Source of the DNA: Auanema rhodensis
Taxonomy: Eukaryota; Animalia; Nematoda
Length of the DNA: 64,000 bases
Assembly (NCBI GenBank): GCA_964057225.1
Contig: OZ059895.1
Coordinates: 6,386,001-6,450,000, forward strand
Direction: 5' to 3'
The notes beneath the pieces are model-generated. The model saw nothing but the letters and a program-made list of their open reading frames with translations. It did not search any database and was not told the DNA's origin. Every line of letters starts with the position of its first letter. The stretch's first letter is position 1. A program made the translations under genes and the position numbers. Below are positions 1 to 12,504 of this stretch, one piece after another.

Positions 1-2138
1 AAAAAATTAATAATAAAGAATATTATATGAAGAACATATAGTTGATAAATCAAAAACGTTATGATGATTCATCTATTGTCTCATACAATCATCTTAACAA
101 CTATAGATTTTATAAATGTTATAACATTTTATATGACAACCTGACTATAATATGTCAAATATGTAAATAAATGGATAACCTATGCAATAAACTTTTTCGA
201 ATTATTTATGTGAAATTTCAAGTTTTTAGATGAAAAAATAAGGTTTGTTATGCGTGATCATTACAAAGTGGTTATCGGTATAAGTATGTGTAGTTCTTCA
301 AATTATATATTTAATCCTTAATATCTATCTTTCATTAAAATTTGTTTTCAACTCTTCTTTCATGATACTACTGGTCTATAGTTTCGGAATTAACTATCAG
401 TTTATATAGGATGAGATCAAGTTTGACTCTTTCTCAACAACTAACCCCTAACTTCTACTCTCTTTCATCATTCTGAATTCTAAAACAGATGATAATGATA
501 CGAGCACGTTTAATTTTTTTATAATCGTTCTACATATCGTCATTGCTAAAACACAAAAGCCTTCTCTATTCATTTCTAATGAAACTGCTTAAATTGATGT
601 TGTAGTTTGCAGCCAAAAAAAAGGAAGAGTAGAAGAAAAAGTTTGGATATTTCTGTTCAAATGCAGCAGAATGTGTTTGTCTACATCAACAACGATAAGG
701 TTTCCTTCCTTTTCGATACATTTGTAATTTAAATTTTTGGCTTGTTTCTGTACTTCAACCTACACCTATTCAGTAAGTACAGATATGGTTGGTTTGCAAC
801 CTAACTGAAGGTAGTGAAGAGGAAAAGGGTGAAACGAATAAAAGCTACTTCGACTGCTTTGAAAGAAACATATAACAAACGAATAAAAAGCCATGAAATC
901 ATACCATTTCTCATTTTCAATAAAATAATTGAAAGAAATCATCGAAGATTCTATGGAAATGTTCATACATTCGTCCCCCCTTCACCCCTTCTATGGGTTT
1001 CACTGGTTAAGACAATAGATGTAGATAAAGTTACAACGTAAAGTCATAAGCATTATATGTTTTCCACTCTCTCTCCCTACAAACTTATTGTTTAATTAAC
1101 ATATATATTACTGTAATTAGTAGAAAAACTTCAATTTAAAATTGATTAATACATGGATGGACAGGCCATTCTTTGTATATAAAAGTTGTGAAACAGATGA
1201 GCAGATGTGAAAAAAAAATTGGATCAACTAACAATGAATGAATATTGATCAGATATTGAAAATACAGAAAAACAATTGCATAATTGTGTTTCTGATAGTA
1301 GAAATTGAGCTGACCCCTTCATTACTATGAAGCTCAATGAGCAATTTTCGGAGCTTTTTTTTGCTGCTTCTTCAACCAAGAAAAACAAACTAAATTTGAA
1401 CTTGAGACTGATTTTTGACTCTTGTCTCATATACACCTCAGAAAACATAGAAATGAAAAAGAATTGCTACTCCATATTGTGGCTATTTACACTTTTAATT
1501 TTCTTAAATTAAATAGTACAATGTATTAGTTTTATGCTTCAAATAACTAATGACAATGAGAAATATGGAAAAAGAGAAAGAATATTCTAGAAAAGAAATC
1601 AATAAGAGAATAGTAACTAATTACTTTGAATTAGGGAAAAATATGTAAATTCTTTTTGTAATTTTTATAAATTTCTATGAATTCTTCAGGTTAGCAATAA
1701 CATGCACCCCTTTCGTCTATTGTCAGGCATAAATTTCTGATAAACTTTTTTACAATCTGTATATCATGATGAGAAGGAAATTAACACCAAACGACATACT
1801 GCGAGAACACAGAGGCAAAAGGGGAGAGAGAGAGAGAGAGAGAGATAATAGATTGTCTTAACTTGAACTTTATTGTCCTTTGAGCATTAACTGCAATCCC
1901 CAGAGTGGGGCCATCAGAATTATTTCATGATTCAAATTCATAATATCATGATACTAATTCGTATCTCTTTTCGATATCGTAAGTCAAACTATAGCCATAT
2001 GTTGACGAAGCATTATTCAAAACGTGTAATAAGTCTTTATGGGCAATCCATTGAATATGAAAGATGATGGAGAGAAATACCGTACAGTATCAAAGATCAA
2101 GAATCTATTTGATAGTATTAGTCTATCATCTCTCATAA

Positions 2139-2143
<5 letters not shown>

Positions 2144-2178
<35 letters not shown>

Positions 2179-2198
2179 GTAGATATATATATATATAT
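2144..2198. repeat. (TA)n microsatellite, interrupted
   Basis: Seen directly in sequence; boundaries approximate. Confidence 0.9.
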
Positions 2199-5100
2199 GT
2201 GACATTGTAATTATCATCGATACAAATCCTAATATGGAAGATATTTCTACGAAAATCATCAATTTTATAGCAAAAAATGATTAATATCATTGACATCGTT
2301 ATTATAACGATGGCTATGTTAGATAATGATAACAAATTGAAAAAACATCAGCCTAACACCTTCACAATTCTTCTTATAGCCTGTCTTCTCTCAATCAGTC
2401 GCTCTGTCTTCGTTTTCTCTTAGATATCATGAAAAAAAACTTTTCAAAAGCGAAAAAATGATCAGAAATAGTATGATATGTTAAGAGAGAAAACCAAAAG
2501 TACAGGATAGCCACATCAATTTTAGAAGAATGATAAAAACATCCAGCATTCACATACGCACAATCATCAAACCAAAGTTGAAAGGCAGCATACAGATATC
2601 AAAATTAAGATGATGTTGAAAAGGAAATAAAAAAAATACATTGATGATTGGCCAATCGGTTCCCACTTTCAAATCATTTCTCAGTCTTCCTCTATACACA
2701 TTTATCTACTTCCACCTACTTACTGTGTTCCACCTATCTACCACCCATCATCGTTTTTCCATCATTTTTGCAGCAAAACGACAACCAAAATTTCCCATGT
2801 ATTGATTAATTCTTCTTCGTATCACTGGTGAAAGATAAGTAGGATTTTGAAGAAAAAGATTAACATATCTATCTCTATCTGACTAACTGTTTCCAAACTC
2901 AATGATATCTTCATCTTCTGATTCAAGTACCAATTCTTTCAATTTTATACTCTTTTTCACCACAGTGTTAGACATTTTTTTTAAATTTTGCCAAAAAGTT
3001 TCAAATTGAAATGGAAAAAAAGTGTAAAAGGTCGATGATACTACCAAAAGTTCCAATGAAATGTCTTTTCATTTCCCAAAACAGATGCTTCCATCGCATA
3101 CAATCTGTTCAGAGACTATTCTTTTTGGTTTTACCCCTCTATGATGGTCTCTATCTCTCTCCCTGAAGCCAACAAATCAAAAAACAAAAAAAAACGGTTG
3201 TTCATAGTTTTCCAAATCAATCAGTTCACATCAATGAGATCAAGTAAAATGGATTAAAAAAGTTAAAAGAAGAAGAAGGAGAAGGAGAAATTAGAAGATA
3301 TGATTTCGCTCTCTCTCTCTATATATATATGATTCTTTTTTTTAATAAATGAGCATAAGGTAGGTTAAAATAACATTAAACCTTTTTGTTCCTTTGACAA
3401 CTAAATTTCCCCCGTTTCAACGTCCAATTTGTACACAAAATTTTATTTTTGCGTACATAGATAACAATATAAAGATTATCCTTCGTTTATATTACCTTTA
3501 TAGACTTCAGGAGTATTCAAACGATGGCGATTAATGTAAGAAAAACAGATGAAAACAGCTAGTATCATGCAGAGCTATCCTTAAACCAAACAAAAACAGC
3601 TTGTCATGAATAATTCCTCCAAGCCACATAACGAAGTGACATTACAAACATTTTCTCTTTTTTTCTCTCTTACAGCCTTGTTCTGTTTCTGTCCCTCTTC
3701 TCGCTATCGCACCCTACCATAAACTTACTTTCTGCAGGCGATGACGATGTATGCTCAAACTCTCTAACTAAATGAATTGATATTTCCTATCTATATAAAC
3801 TATATGTATATACATAGCCAAAATTTAAACATATAGTATTTGAAACACATAGTGAACAAACCGAAAACGCAAATTTCTCTCATTACAGCTAGAATCGAAT
3901 GTAGTTCCCTTACATCATCTATCAAACCATAGTTTACTGTTCACACAATCAGAAATCAGCCTTATCCCTTTAGCTTTGAAGAAAGCGAATTCAGGCTTAA
4001 ACAATCGACTGGCTATTGATCGTATATTAGAAATCTTGAAAACTGAGCATTATTTCAAAACTCATGATGGAACGATCAAGCTGTTGTTGCATGGCACCTT
4101 CTCTTCTACTCTCACTTATCCAAGAACCTCATGATAACAAGGTTATCTCATGCTACTCCACCAGAAAAAATGCTGGCAAACGGAATGCTTGCAAAGCTGA
4201 TGATAAACTACTCCCGCAGAAACTTCTGACTTGCTCAGCTGCTACTTAGTTGGTGGCTGCATATACCCCTCAATATCTTTGCTTCTACCATTACCACACA
4301 AACCGCGTGCCATACAGCTGGCTTGGATATTTCAAATAATGACAACATAATGATAACAACACTGAGGAGAAAAACTAGGAAAGTTGAATAAATATCCAAT
4401 CTGGCGGCTGTAGTTACAGCACCAGTTTCGTGAGCAGATATCAGGCGGTTATTGAGAAGTCACTTGTATACTTCTCCCTTGTTCTGTTCCCTCTCCCATT
4501 TTTTTCATTCATCAGAAATCAAGAAGGGAAAAGAAGGAAATCCTAGCAGTTAGCAGCAGACTATGAGCAAAGTTGGCTGCAAGACAAATCTCTGCTGTAA
4601 GAAGCACATAAAGCGAATGAATATAAAGGAGCAGACATAGCAGAAGAAGACAAAAAGTAGATGCCAGAGAAAACGATGACATGAACAAGTTCACAATCAG
4701 CTGTTATATATTGAGCATGGTCAGCAAAAGCATTGTAAGCAAAACCAGGCAATAAATTATGAGGAAAAACCAATGTTTTCTTTTTTTTTTCTGCAATCAT
4801 ATCATCTGAAAAAATTGTGTCTTATTTTCTCCCCTACTCAACATCATATTCTACTGATATTCCCGACAATAGAAAAAAGAAACTTTTCAATTCTCTTGTC
4901 AACTTTTATGACATCATCAATCGATAATTAGTTTAGAACTATTCTAATGAGCTATACAACCCGTATCACTGGAGCAATTTCAGAACAGTAGTACTTGCTC
5001 AATATTCACTTGAACCTATATTTAAAGCTATGTAGATGCAAGAAAGCAAATAAAAGAATCCAGAAGATGAAAGAGAAAAGTTGAATTATCCGCCTTAAAG

Positions 5101-6283
5101 CAGAAAAACAATGACGATTTTTAGCTCTATTGCTTTCATCTATTACAGACTAGATAAAAAAAATAGCAAATAGCCATTTGTAGATCGAAATGCACAATCT
5201 TTTAAAGTTAGGATAAACATGCATCTTTCAAATTAAGCTCATTTAAGCTTAAACCCTTATGTTGATTGTGCTAGTAGTTGAAGCTAAATTTAAACGAAGT
5301 GGCGAATAGACAGACATATAGTAGATAGGAAAACAGAAAAAATTTATATTTTGCAAAGTAGCAAATAGTAAAAAACACAGACGTCATATCATAAACTATT
5401 GAAAATGATCCTTTTTCTTTTTTTTTTTGGACGCATTTCATCCATTTCAGACCATCATCATATCTCAACAGGCCGTTTATAGAGAGCTTCATAGAGCTTG
5501 CAAGTTGCACCCCCCTAAACCTCAAAATTCATTCAAACGAAAACGTCTGATATCAGCATCGTTGGGAGCAGCCGAAAAGAAGAGGAAAGAGCAGCAGCGG
5601 CACCTCGCTGCTTTTCTTTTCAAAACCACACGATGTTGAGGACTCATTCACGAAATTAAATTATAGAAATAAGGCTTAAGAGCCAGTCATTCTAAAGTAG
5701 ATTTCGGAAGAAATATATATATATATATATAGCTAGTCAGATACATAAATGGAGAATGGATAAGATATGCTTTGCTTGAGGCATTATTTTCTATTTCTTT
5801 CACAATTACCAATCATGGTTGGATTTTATTCAACTTAACAACTGGGTCAGACAAGAATCAGAGGAGACTCTAGATTTGTAGAGAAGAAGAGTCCAAACGG
5901 TTAGAATTTAGTAAAAGGTAATCAAAACAAATTGCAGTTTTCCAAAACTTCAGCAAAAGTTATATGCCAACCCATTAAATGAAATCAGAGGGAACAAATG
6001 TTTTTGGTTCGGAAAATATCTATACGTGTAGTAATAACGAACGAAGATAAAATCACCAGTAACATATTGCCAAGTACATGCTACAACTAGATAGAAGATT
6101 CTCAAAACATTCAATAACATTTTTCGTTTTTTAAGTCTTAAATATAAGAAAAAATCACAAAAAAAGTAATAAAACAAATCATAGAAATATAAACAGGAAA
6201 TAAGAATAATAGTAGTGTGAATATTATAAATAAATAAATTTAAAAAAAAACTAAATTAAAAAGTTGTATTAAAAGGAACGCAC

Positions 6284-7307
6284 CGTTTGTTTTCATGGAG
6301 ATAATCTGCAGCCACTCCTTGACTGTCTGTCGTGAGCGTGGAAGTTCTTCATCGAATGCAAATGATGGTGTGTTGATAGACCATTCTTTTTTGAAGAACG
6401 GACTTTTTTCAGTGAAATAGTTCTTGATAGCATATAGAGTAAAGTAGCAGTGAGAACTGACATCATCTGAATCCGCTGTTTCTTCTTGAGCTGGACGATT
6501 TACGGCTCGCTTCTTGTCATGATACATGAATAACATATGCTTGAAATCAAGTGATGTCTTCATCGTACCATTCGTCGTTCGGTTAGCATTCAGATCTCCA
6601 TGATAGGCGATCAATTGAAAGGTGCTGTCGGCCATTTGGCGATAGCTTCCTTGCATACGCGTGAGGAACGTATAAGCCTTTTTTGAATGTAATGACGATG
6701 GCATACCAGCAGTTGTTAGTACCGGTATTCCACCGTTCAAGCCAGCACTCACTTTTGTCACGGTGGCAAGGCCGTAACTGTCAGCAAATCCTAGAATAGC
6801 ATCTAGACGATGCTCACAGTAAGCCTGAATAACACCGACGGCAGAGTGGCGTTCAGCCAGTGTTGTATCTTCCCAGTAACGAGAATCATGATAAGTTAGA
6901 TTAATCCATCCAGGTGGCATACGACTACTATACTCAATATCTTTTACAGCTATATCAATTACTGGCCGTGCTTTTTCTATAGTTAGGCCAAACTTGTCAT
7001 TGTGCGATTCTTTGGCGGGAAGTACGACCAATACATTATAGGGTAGTTTGTGCCCACGGGCTTCAAACTTCTCACGAATGTATTCATCTTGTTCTTGAAG
7101 TAATTGAGCTTGAGCCGATTGAGTCTGGAGCAATAAAAAGATGATAACTGCGACTAACCACCAATGCTGCTTGGATAACAGCTTAAATGATGAAGAAGTG
7201 GATGATTCTCGTGCTAATGAGCAACATGGTCTAGTCAATAAGTTGAAACATCGACGTATCCGACAAAACGATGATGTGTTTGGCAATCGGAGGAGCTGGC
7301 ATGACAT
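6284..7307 (-). CDS. gcy-28: Receptor guanylyl cyclase (ANF/natriuretic peptide receptor family): intronless alternative first coding exon encoding the signal peptide and N-terminal part of the extracellular ligand-binding domain (partial gene)
   Basis: ORF 7307->6240 has a hydrophobic signal segment (WWLVAVIIFLLLQTQSAQA). It is followed by ANF-receptor-type motifs (YNVLVVLP, PVIDIAV, INLTYHDS, LDAILG, GIPVLTT, FLTRMQGSY, SHCYFTLYAI, FAFDE). Protein-like sequence stops at the donor AAACG|GTGCGT (last exon base 6284, phase 1; 1024 nt); the remaining ORF tail is intron read-through. It closely matches my recollection of a C. elegans GCY-28 isoform N-terminus. The symbol is from memory, not a search. 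Confidence 0.88.
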
Positions 7308-7932
7308 GGCCTCCTCATAGGGACATTAATCATGCATCAAGTAGGAGGTATATACGTATAGTCGGACCGTCTTGCAAAGGAAGAGATTGAAGCGAGAGAA
7401 ATTCACGCCGTGGCACGAGGTAATCTCCAAAAAAAAAAATAAAAGAAACGTAAACATATATTCAAGATAGATATAATTTGCACAAAAAAAAATAAAGAAA
7501 AGACTAATGAGTAGAACTAGAAGATAATACAATGTAAAAGAGATAATACATGAAAATGAGTAAAATGAAGTAAAAAACAAGATGAAAGACTAAAATAACT
7601 ATTAATTCGTGAAGGGAACAGTTACAAGAATGAACAAAGTAAACAATAGAAAAGGAAACAAGCTTCATAACAGTGCTCTACCAAACATAGATTGAAATGC
7701 ACAAGAGTCTGTCAGATTTTAATAAAAAAGAAAAACAAAAAAGAAGGAACTAATGGCAAGGAGAATCAGAAGAAGAAAATTATGAACGTTAAATTGATGG
7801 CAATTCTGACAGCCTATCTGTATGTATGTGAGTACATCAATTGATTGTTTTGTGTATAATTTAAAACTACAAACCACACCCACACGTCCATATACACACA
7901 TAGATATATAGAAATAGAAGAAAGAAAGAAAG

Positions 7933-7933
<1 letters not shown>

Positions 7934-8010
<77 letters not shown>
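7934..8010. repeat. (GA)n microsatellite
   Basis: Seen directly, about 75 nt; source of the spurious poly-SL ORFs. Confidence 0.95.
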
Positions 8011-8014
<4 letters not shown>

Positions 8015-11000
8015 TAATGCATTGATATATCGACAGATTTTTTTCTGATTCTGATCAAAAAGTAAAACAAAAAAACTCTTGTTGTTTTCGCTGATATTAT
8101 TCGAAAACGACAGCTTTGATATATACATATATATTAGCAAACACATGCCTAAATAAAGTTGAATAATGGTTAAGTTCTATGAAATAACAACTAAATAACT
8201 AGATAGTCTGACTGATATAGTAAAAAGTTAAAAAAAAGAAAAAGAAAATATCTATACTATTATCTGAGTGATATTGTCTATAAACTTGATTAAGACATTA
8301 ATAATCTTCAAATCAGGAGAATCACTTTGAAGAGGATATTTCACTCTTTTCCTTTTTAGATATTGCTTTTTCTTTCTCTATTTCATTTATTTAATGTGGA
8401 AACGAATGAAGAGATTGAGAGCAAAACATTGGACAAGCTGGTAAACGGAAGAAAAGTGCTTAAAGTGAAATAAAGAGTCTGAATAGCAAGTTTCGAAGAA
8501 AAAGTGATTAAAACTTTGCTTGTAAAGACATAGATAGACTTGTAAGGAAAAATAGAAAGTGTGATGAACTGTAGATAATGAGATTGAGAGAGAAAGTGGA
8601 AAGAGACTAAGAACCAAAATAAAAAAAGAAATATACGGAAGAGAGATGTGAATGTTTGACAGAGTAGTATTAAGAACCAGAGAAAGAGAGAAAAGTTTAA
8701 GAGAGAAGAGGCTATAGGGGGCGGAGCTACATATTCTTTGAAACACTGATGATTTAAGAAGAAAAACTTTTGAACAACCATGACGCGCTGATCATAATGA
8801 CGACGATAGAATGATATTTGAATGCAATGATCCTCATTTGTTCTTTCCCTCTCTCATTCTCTCTTCATCGTGAGAGGGTGGGATGAAAGAGGGTGGAGAA
8901 ACATCTACCCTCAGACAGAGCGGACTGCCCGGGCCCCGACGACACAACAACACAAAGACTCTGGGCTGTATGTATGTCTGCCTGGTGACACCCCCATCGG
9001 CCACTGCTGGTCCCTGTATCTCTCGGCACTAACGTCCCTGTCTAGCCTGGGCAAGTCCTTCTGCCCCACCATAAGTCTATCTCTCTCCCTCTCTATCTCT
9101 TTATCTCTATTTCTCTTCTTTTGACTATCTGTATTTCTCTATCTTATTTCTTGTTCTCTTTTCTCTACACACCCATGAAACAGCAACTAAACAGCAGTAG
9201 CAAGCACAGCCTTGGGGTTTGGCTCCGGCTTTGCAATGGTTGGATAGGATGGGCTGAGCGGGGCTAAGATTGTCCTCACCCCTAGCTCTGGCCCAACCCG
9301 GAGGCGGAGGCATGCGGAGTGCTAAAGACAGGAAGTAATGATGAAGAACGGAGGAAGGAAAAGAAAAAAGATGAGAGACTGGAAGAATGAACGGAATATA
9401 GAGAAGAGAAAGGGAGAGAGAAAGGAAGAGATAGCTAGATAGAGATAGAGCAGGCTGGAAGTTAACCGACTTTAAATAGCTAAGACGGCAGAGACGTAGA
9501 GATGGAAAGTTGAATAAATCATACGTATAGGTTGGTAGAATGGCAGAACAGCCAAACAGTAGATAAAACGAAGAGAATATATTTCATATTATGAAAAAAT
9601 GCATAATGTTGTTAGGAACAGAACAGAAGGATGGTCTGCATTGCAGCCACCCACCCATCATCAGAGCGCTTTCCTCCAACACCATCACCCTACGTGTTTC
9701 CATCAATCTTTCTCTCTCCATCAAAAAAAATACGATCTATAGTACATCGTGATATGTAAACAAGCGCTTATTTCATTTATAATCAAAGAATATTGAAAAA
9801 ATATAAAAATCCTTAGGTTACAACATCAAGATATTCTGATAATTTCTTTTGAAAAAAAAGAAACTGTGACTATCCGACAGTTGGATGATGGGTGATGATA
9901 AGTAGGCGAGGAATGATATGATAGGTTAGCAGTGCAGGACGGACGCAAGATGACAACGACAACGACAGAGATGATGATGATGATGAAGATGACAGGATTG
10001 CTTGCACGAGGTTTCAGACTGAGAAGACTGTCGTCACCGTCGTAAGTAGAAAGATGATACTCTGGTCTTAGTCTTCAATTGATAATCTTTTGTAAAATCG
10101 AAGAGAAAAAAATGAAAAAAAAAGTACGAAGAACGGTCGTTAGAATGTTTTGACTGGATATGTTGCTGAAGCTGATGCGAATGATACTATTGCCATCGTT
10201 GTTGTCATTGCCGTCATCATCATCATGATATGCCACGATTGAGGGCACTTTCGACAACAATTTAATCATCAATGAAGGACAAATATATTTAACTACAAGT
10301 TATAACTAGAATAACAACTTGTGGTTCTTCGAACCGGTGGTTCTCGTTGTTAGTCTGTTCCACCGACGGCTTGTCTGTCCGTGTCAGTGGTTTAAGCACC
10401 CATCTTCATCACCACTACCACCCTCTCGCCACATTTCGTTCTATATAGAGAGGTCTTATCATCATCACGTGTATCACTTCGGTCGGAGCGAAAAAGCAAA
10501 AAAGCGATAAACATGAAGAGAGGTGGTGGAGGTGATGTTGGTAGTAAACTGTGGGCCGGATGTCTGTTCCAAATTCATACCACATCAGATGGAAAAGAAG
10601 GCTTGATTGAATACCTGACGTATTTAATGAGCAGTCTGGCAAAGGGAGGGTCAACTAACAATGACTAGGACATATAGTGCAAAAATCAAAAAATATATTG
10701 ATGCTTATGGTTCGCGAAAGAATAACAATTTTCGTGAAATGAATATGTGTCCTTAAAATCGAGAAATAACAGAAAAAGTACTGAAGGGCATTAGATTGAG
10801 AACCGGAGGGTTATTCGTCAGTGAATAGAATATAGAGAGAGATAGTGATAGAAAGAAAAAGAAAAAAATGAGATAGAGAGAGGTTGTGAGGAAGGCAATA
10901 AGGGGGTGGAGGTGGGAAGAGGTAGAGCAGGTTTGAAAGCTGTCGGAAAGCTTAAAGGTTAAAATAGCGTAGGGTGACTTGTGGAAGGTTGGGTAGGCAA

Positions 11001-12437
11001 TAAAATCTGAATGAAGAATACGACTCGAAGGACATTATATATAAACTATATAATTATATCTAAATAAAGATAACAGAGCAAAAGCGAATAAAAGAGAGGT
11101 AGGGGAAAGAGAGAGAGAGAGATAGAGAGAGAGGGAGAAGAGGATAGGGTATTGTTGAGGGTGCAGGGTTGAAAGAAGAAGGATTAAGAGAATGCCAGAG
11201 CACAGACAATTCAGAAGATTAAGTTGAAGATAGCGAATATTATTGACAACGAAGATGTCGTGGACATTGAAAAAAAACGGAGAGACAATCAAAGCAAAGA
11301 AGAAAAATGGAAAACCAAACATGAGCGAGAAAATGATTAACTCAAGCACAAGCTAGGGAACAAGCCATCTTGGAGCCTCAGAACGTTCACAAGCAATAGT
11401 CTATATCTAACTAAGATATAAGAGTTCGATAAGACAAATATATAAGAATAAAAAACAGAGATGCATAACTCAAATATATGAAGATGTTGTTGTAGAACTT
11501 GATTACATCTTGATTTTGTCATCATACAACTACAATACACAATGTTGTACTATTTCAAAAACATTTTTTATATAACTGACAATTTAATAAAATCAATATT
11601 TTCTTAATCTTCTATCTACAATACTTTAAGTAATGAACAGATATATGAATCAAAGAAATTAGCTGAATCAGCTTATACAGATTAGTGTTTTGCTGGACAT
11701 TTTCCAAGCTTATGAATTAGTTAGAACAATTTTCACTTATAATTGAGAATGCGTCAACAGCATCAAATGCTCTCATCACGCGTATTGAAGTAAGTATATG
11801 AATAAAAGAAGAGTAATCTCAAAAAGAGATACGAAGATGCCTTAGAGATAAACATTACTAGCAACAGTTGAAACTTAAGTTAAAGGGACGACATTCATCA
11901 AGTCGATCGTCCAGCATGCAGAGTTTGAATTCTGTTTTCTCTATTCTTGAGTTTCTGCTTTATGTCCGGCCAAGTAATGTCCATTTCCGAAGTTTGCAAG
12001 CCTTTCCTGTCAAGCAGGTTAGAAGTGCCAAGGCAAGTGGGCTGATTCTCGGTCGCCGTCAGGCCGTCTAGCCGTTTCGCTCTTTTACGTTTTCTCATCC
12101 TAACAAACAACTTTTGGAAAAATGATGTTGCGGCTGATTGATACAAAAGATTTTTCAATTTTTAACAAATAAAGGTGAGAACAGAACAAAATGTTTTGAG
12201 TTTATTAAGAAATAGAAGAGTGGGATAGTTAGTGCTGAAAAATATCAAACTTTCATTATGATAAAAATGAACGAATGCAAGATAGAATCTTGGATTTTGC
12301 AGCAAAAAAAGTTTATTAACTATTTTTAATGGCGGAAAAAGAAAAAAAACATATGAATGTATGCTGTTAGAATGAACAAATGGATATTTGACTTTATAAC
12401 ACAGAAACAACATTGAAAAACTTTTGATACGTATACT

Positions 12438-12438
<1 letters not shown>

Positions 12439-12500
<62 letters not shown>
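12439..12500. repeat. (TC)n microsatellite
   Basis: Seen directly; opposite orientation to most tracts in the window. Confidence 0.95.

Positions 12501-12504
<4 letters not shown>

Noticed and set aside
4561-4800. ORF containing FALCAS as the shared downstream gcy-28 exon
   Set aside because: There is no suitable phase-1 acceptor, and the flanking sequence has no receptor similarity.
6240-6283. C-terminal tail of the 355-aa ORF (AFLLIQLFNLVFF) as a membrane anchor
   Set aside because: It is T-rich intron read-through after a good donor shared with the other module, although a retained-intron short isoform cannot be excluded.
7719-8146. Poly-SL/ER and Phe/Leu/Ser-rich ORFs here and throughout the window
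   Set aside because: They are translations of (GA)n microsatellites and pyrimidine-rich intron sequence.
10315-10350. GGTTCGA on the minus strand as a tRNA T-loop
   Set aside because: No cloverleaf, A box or acceptor stem.
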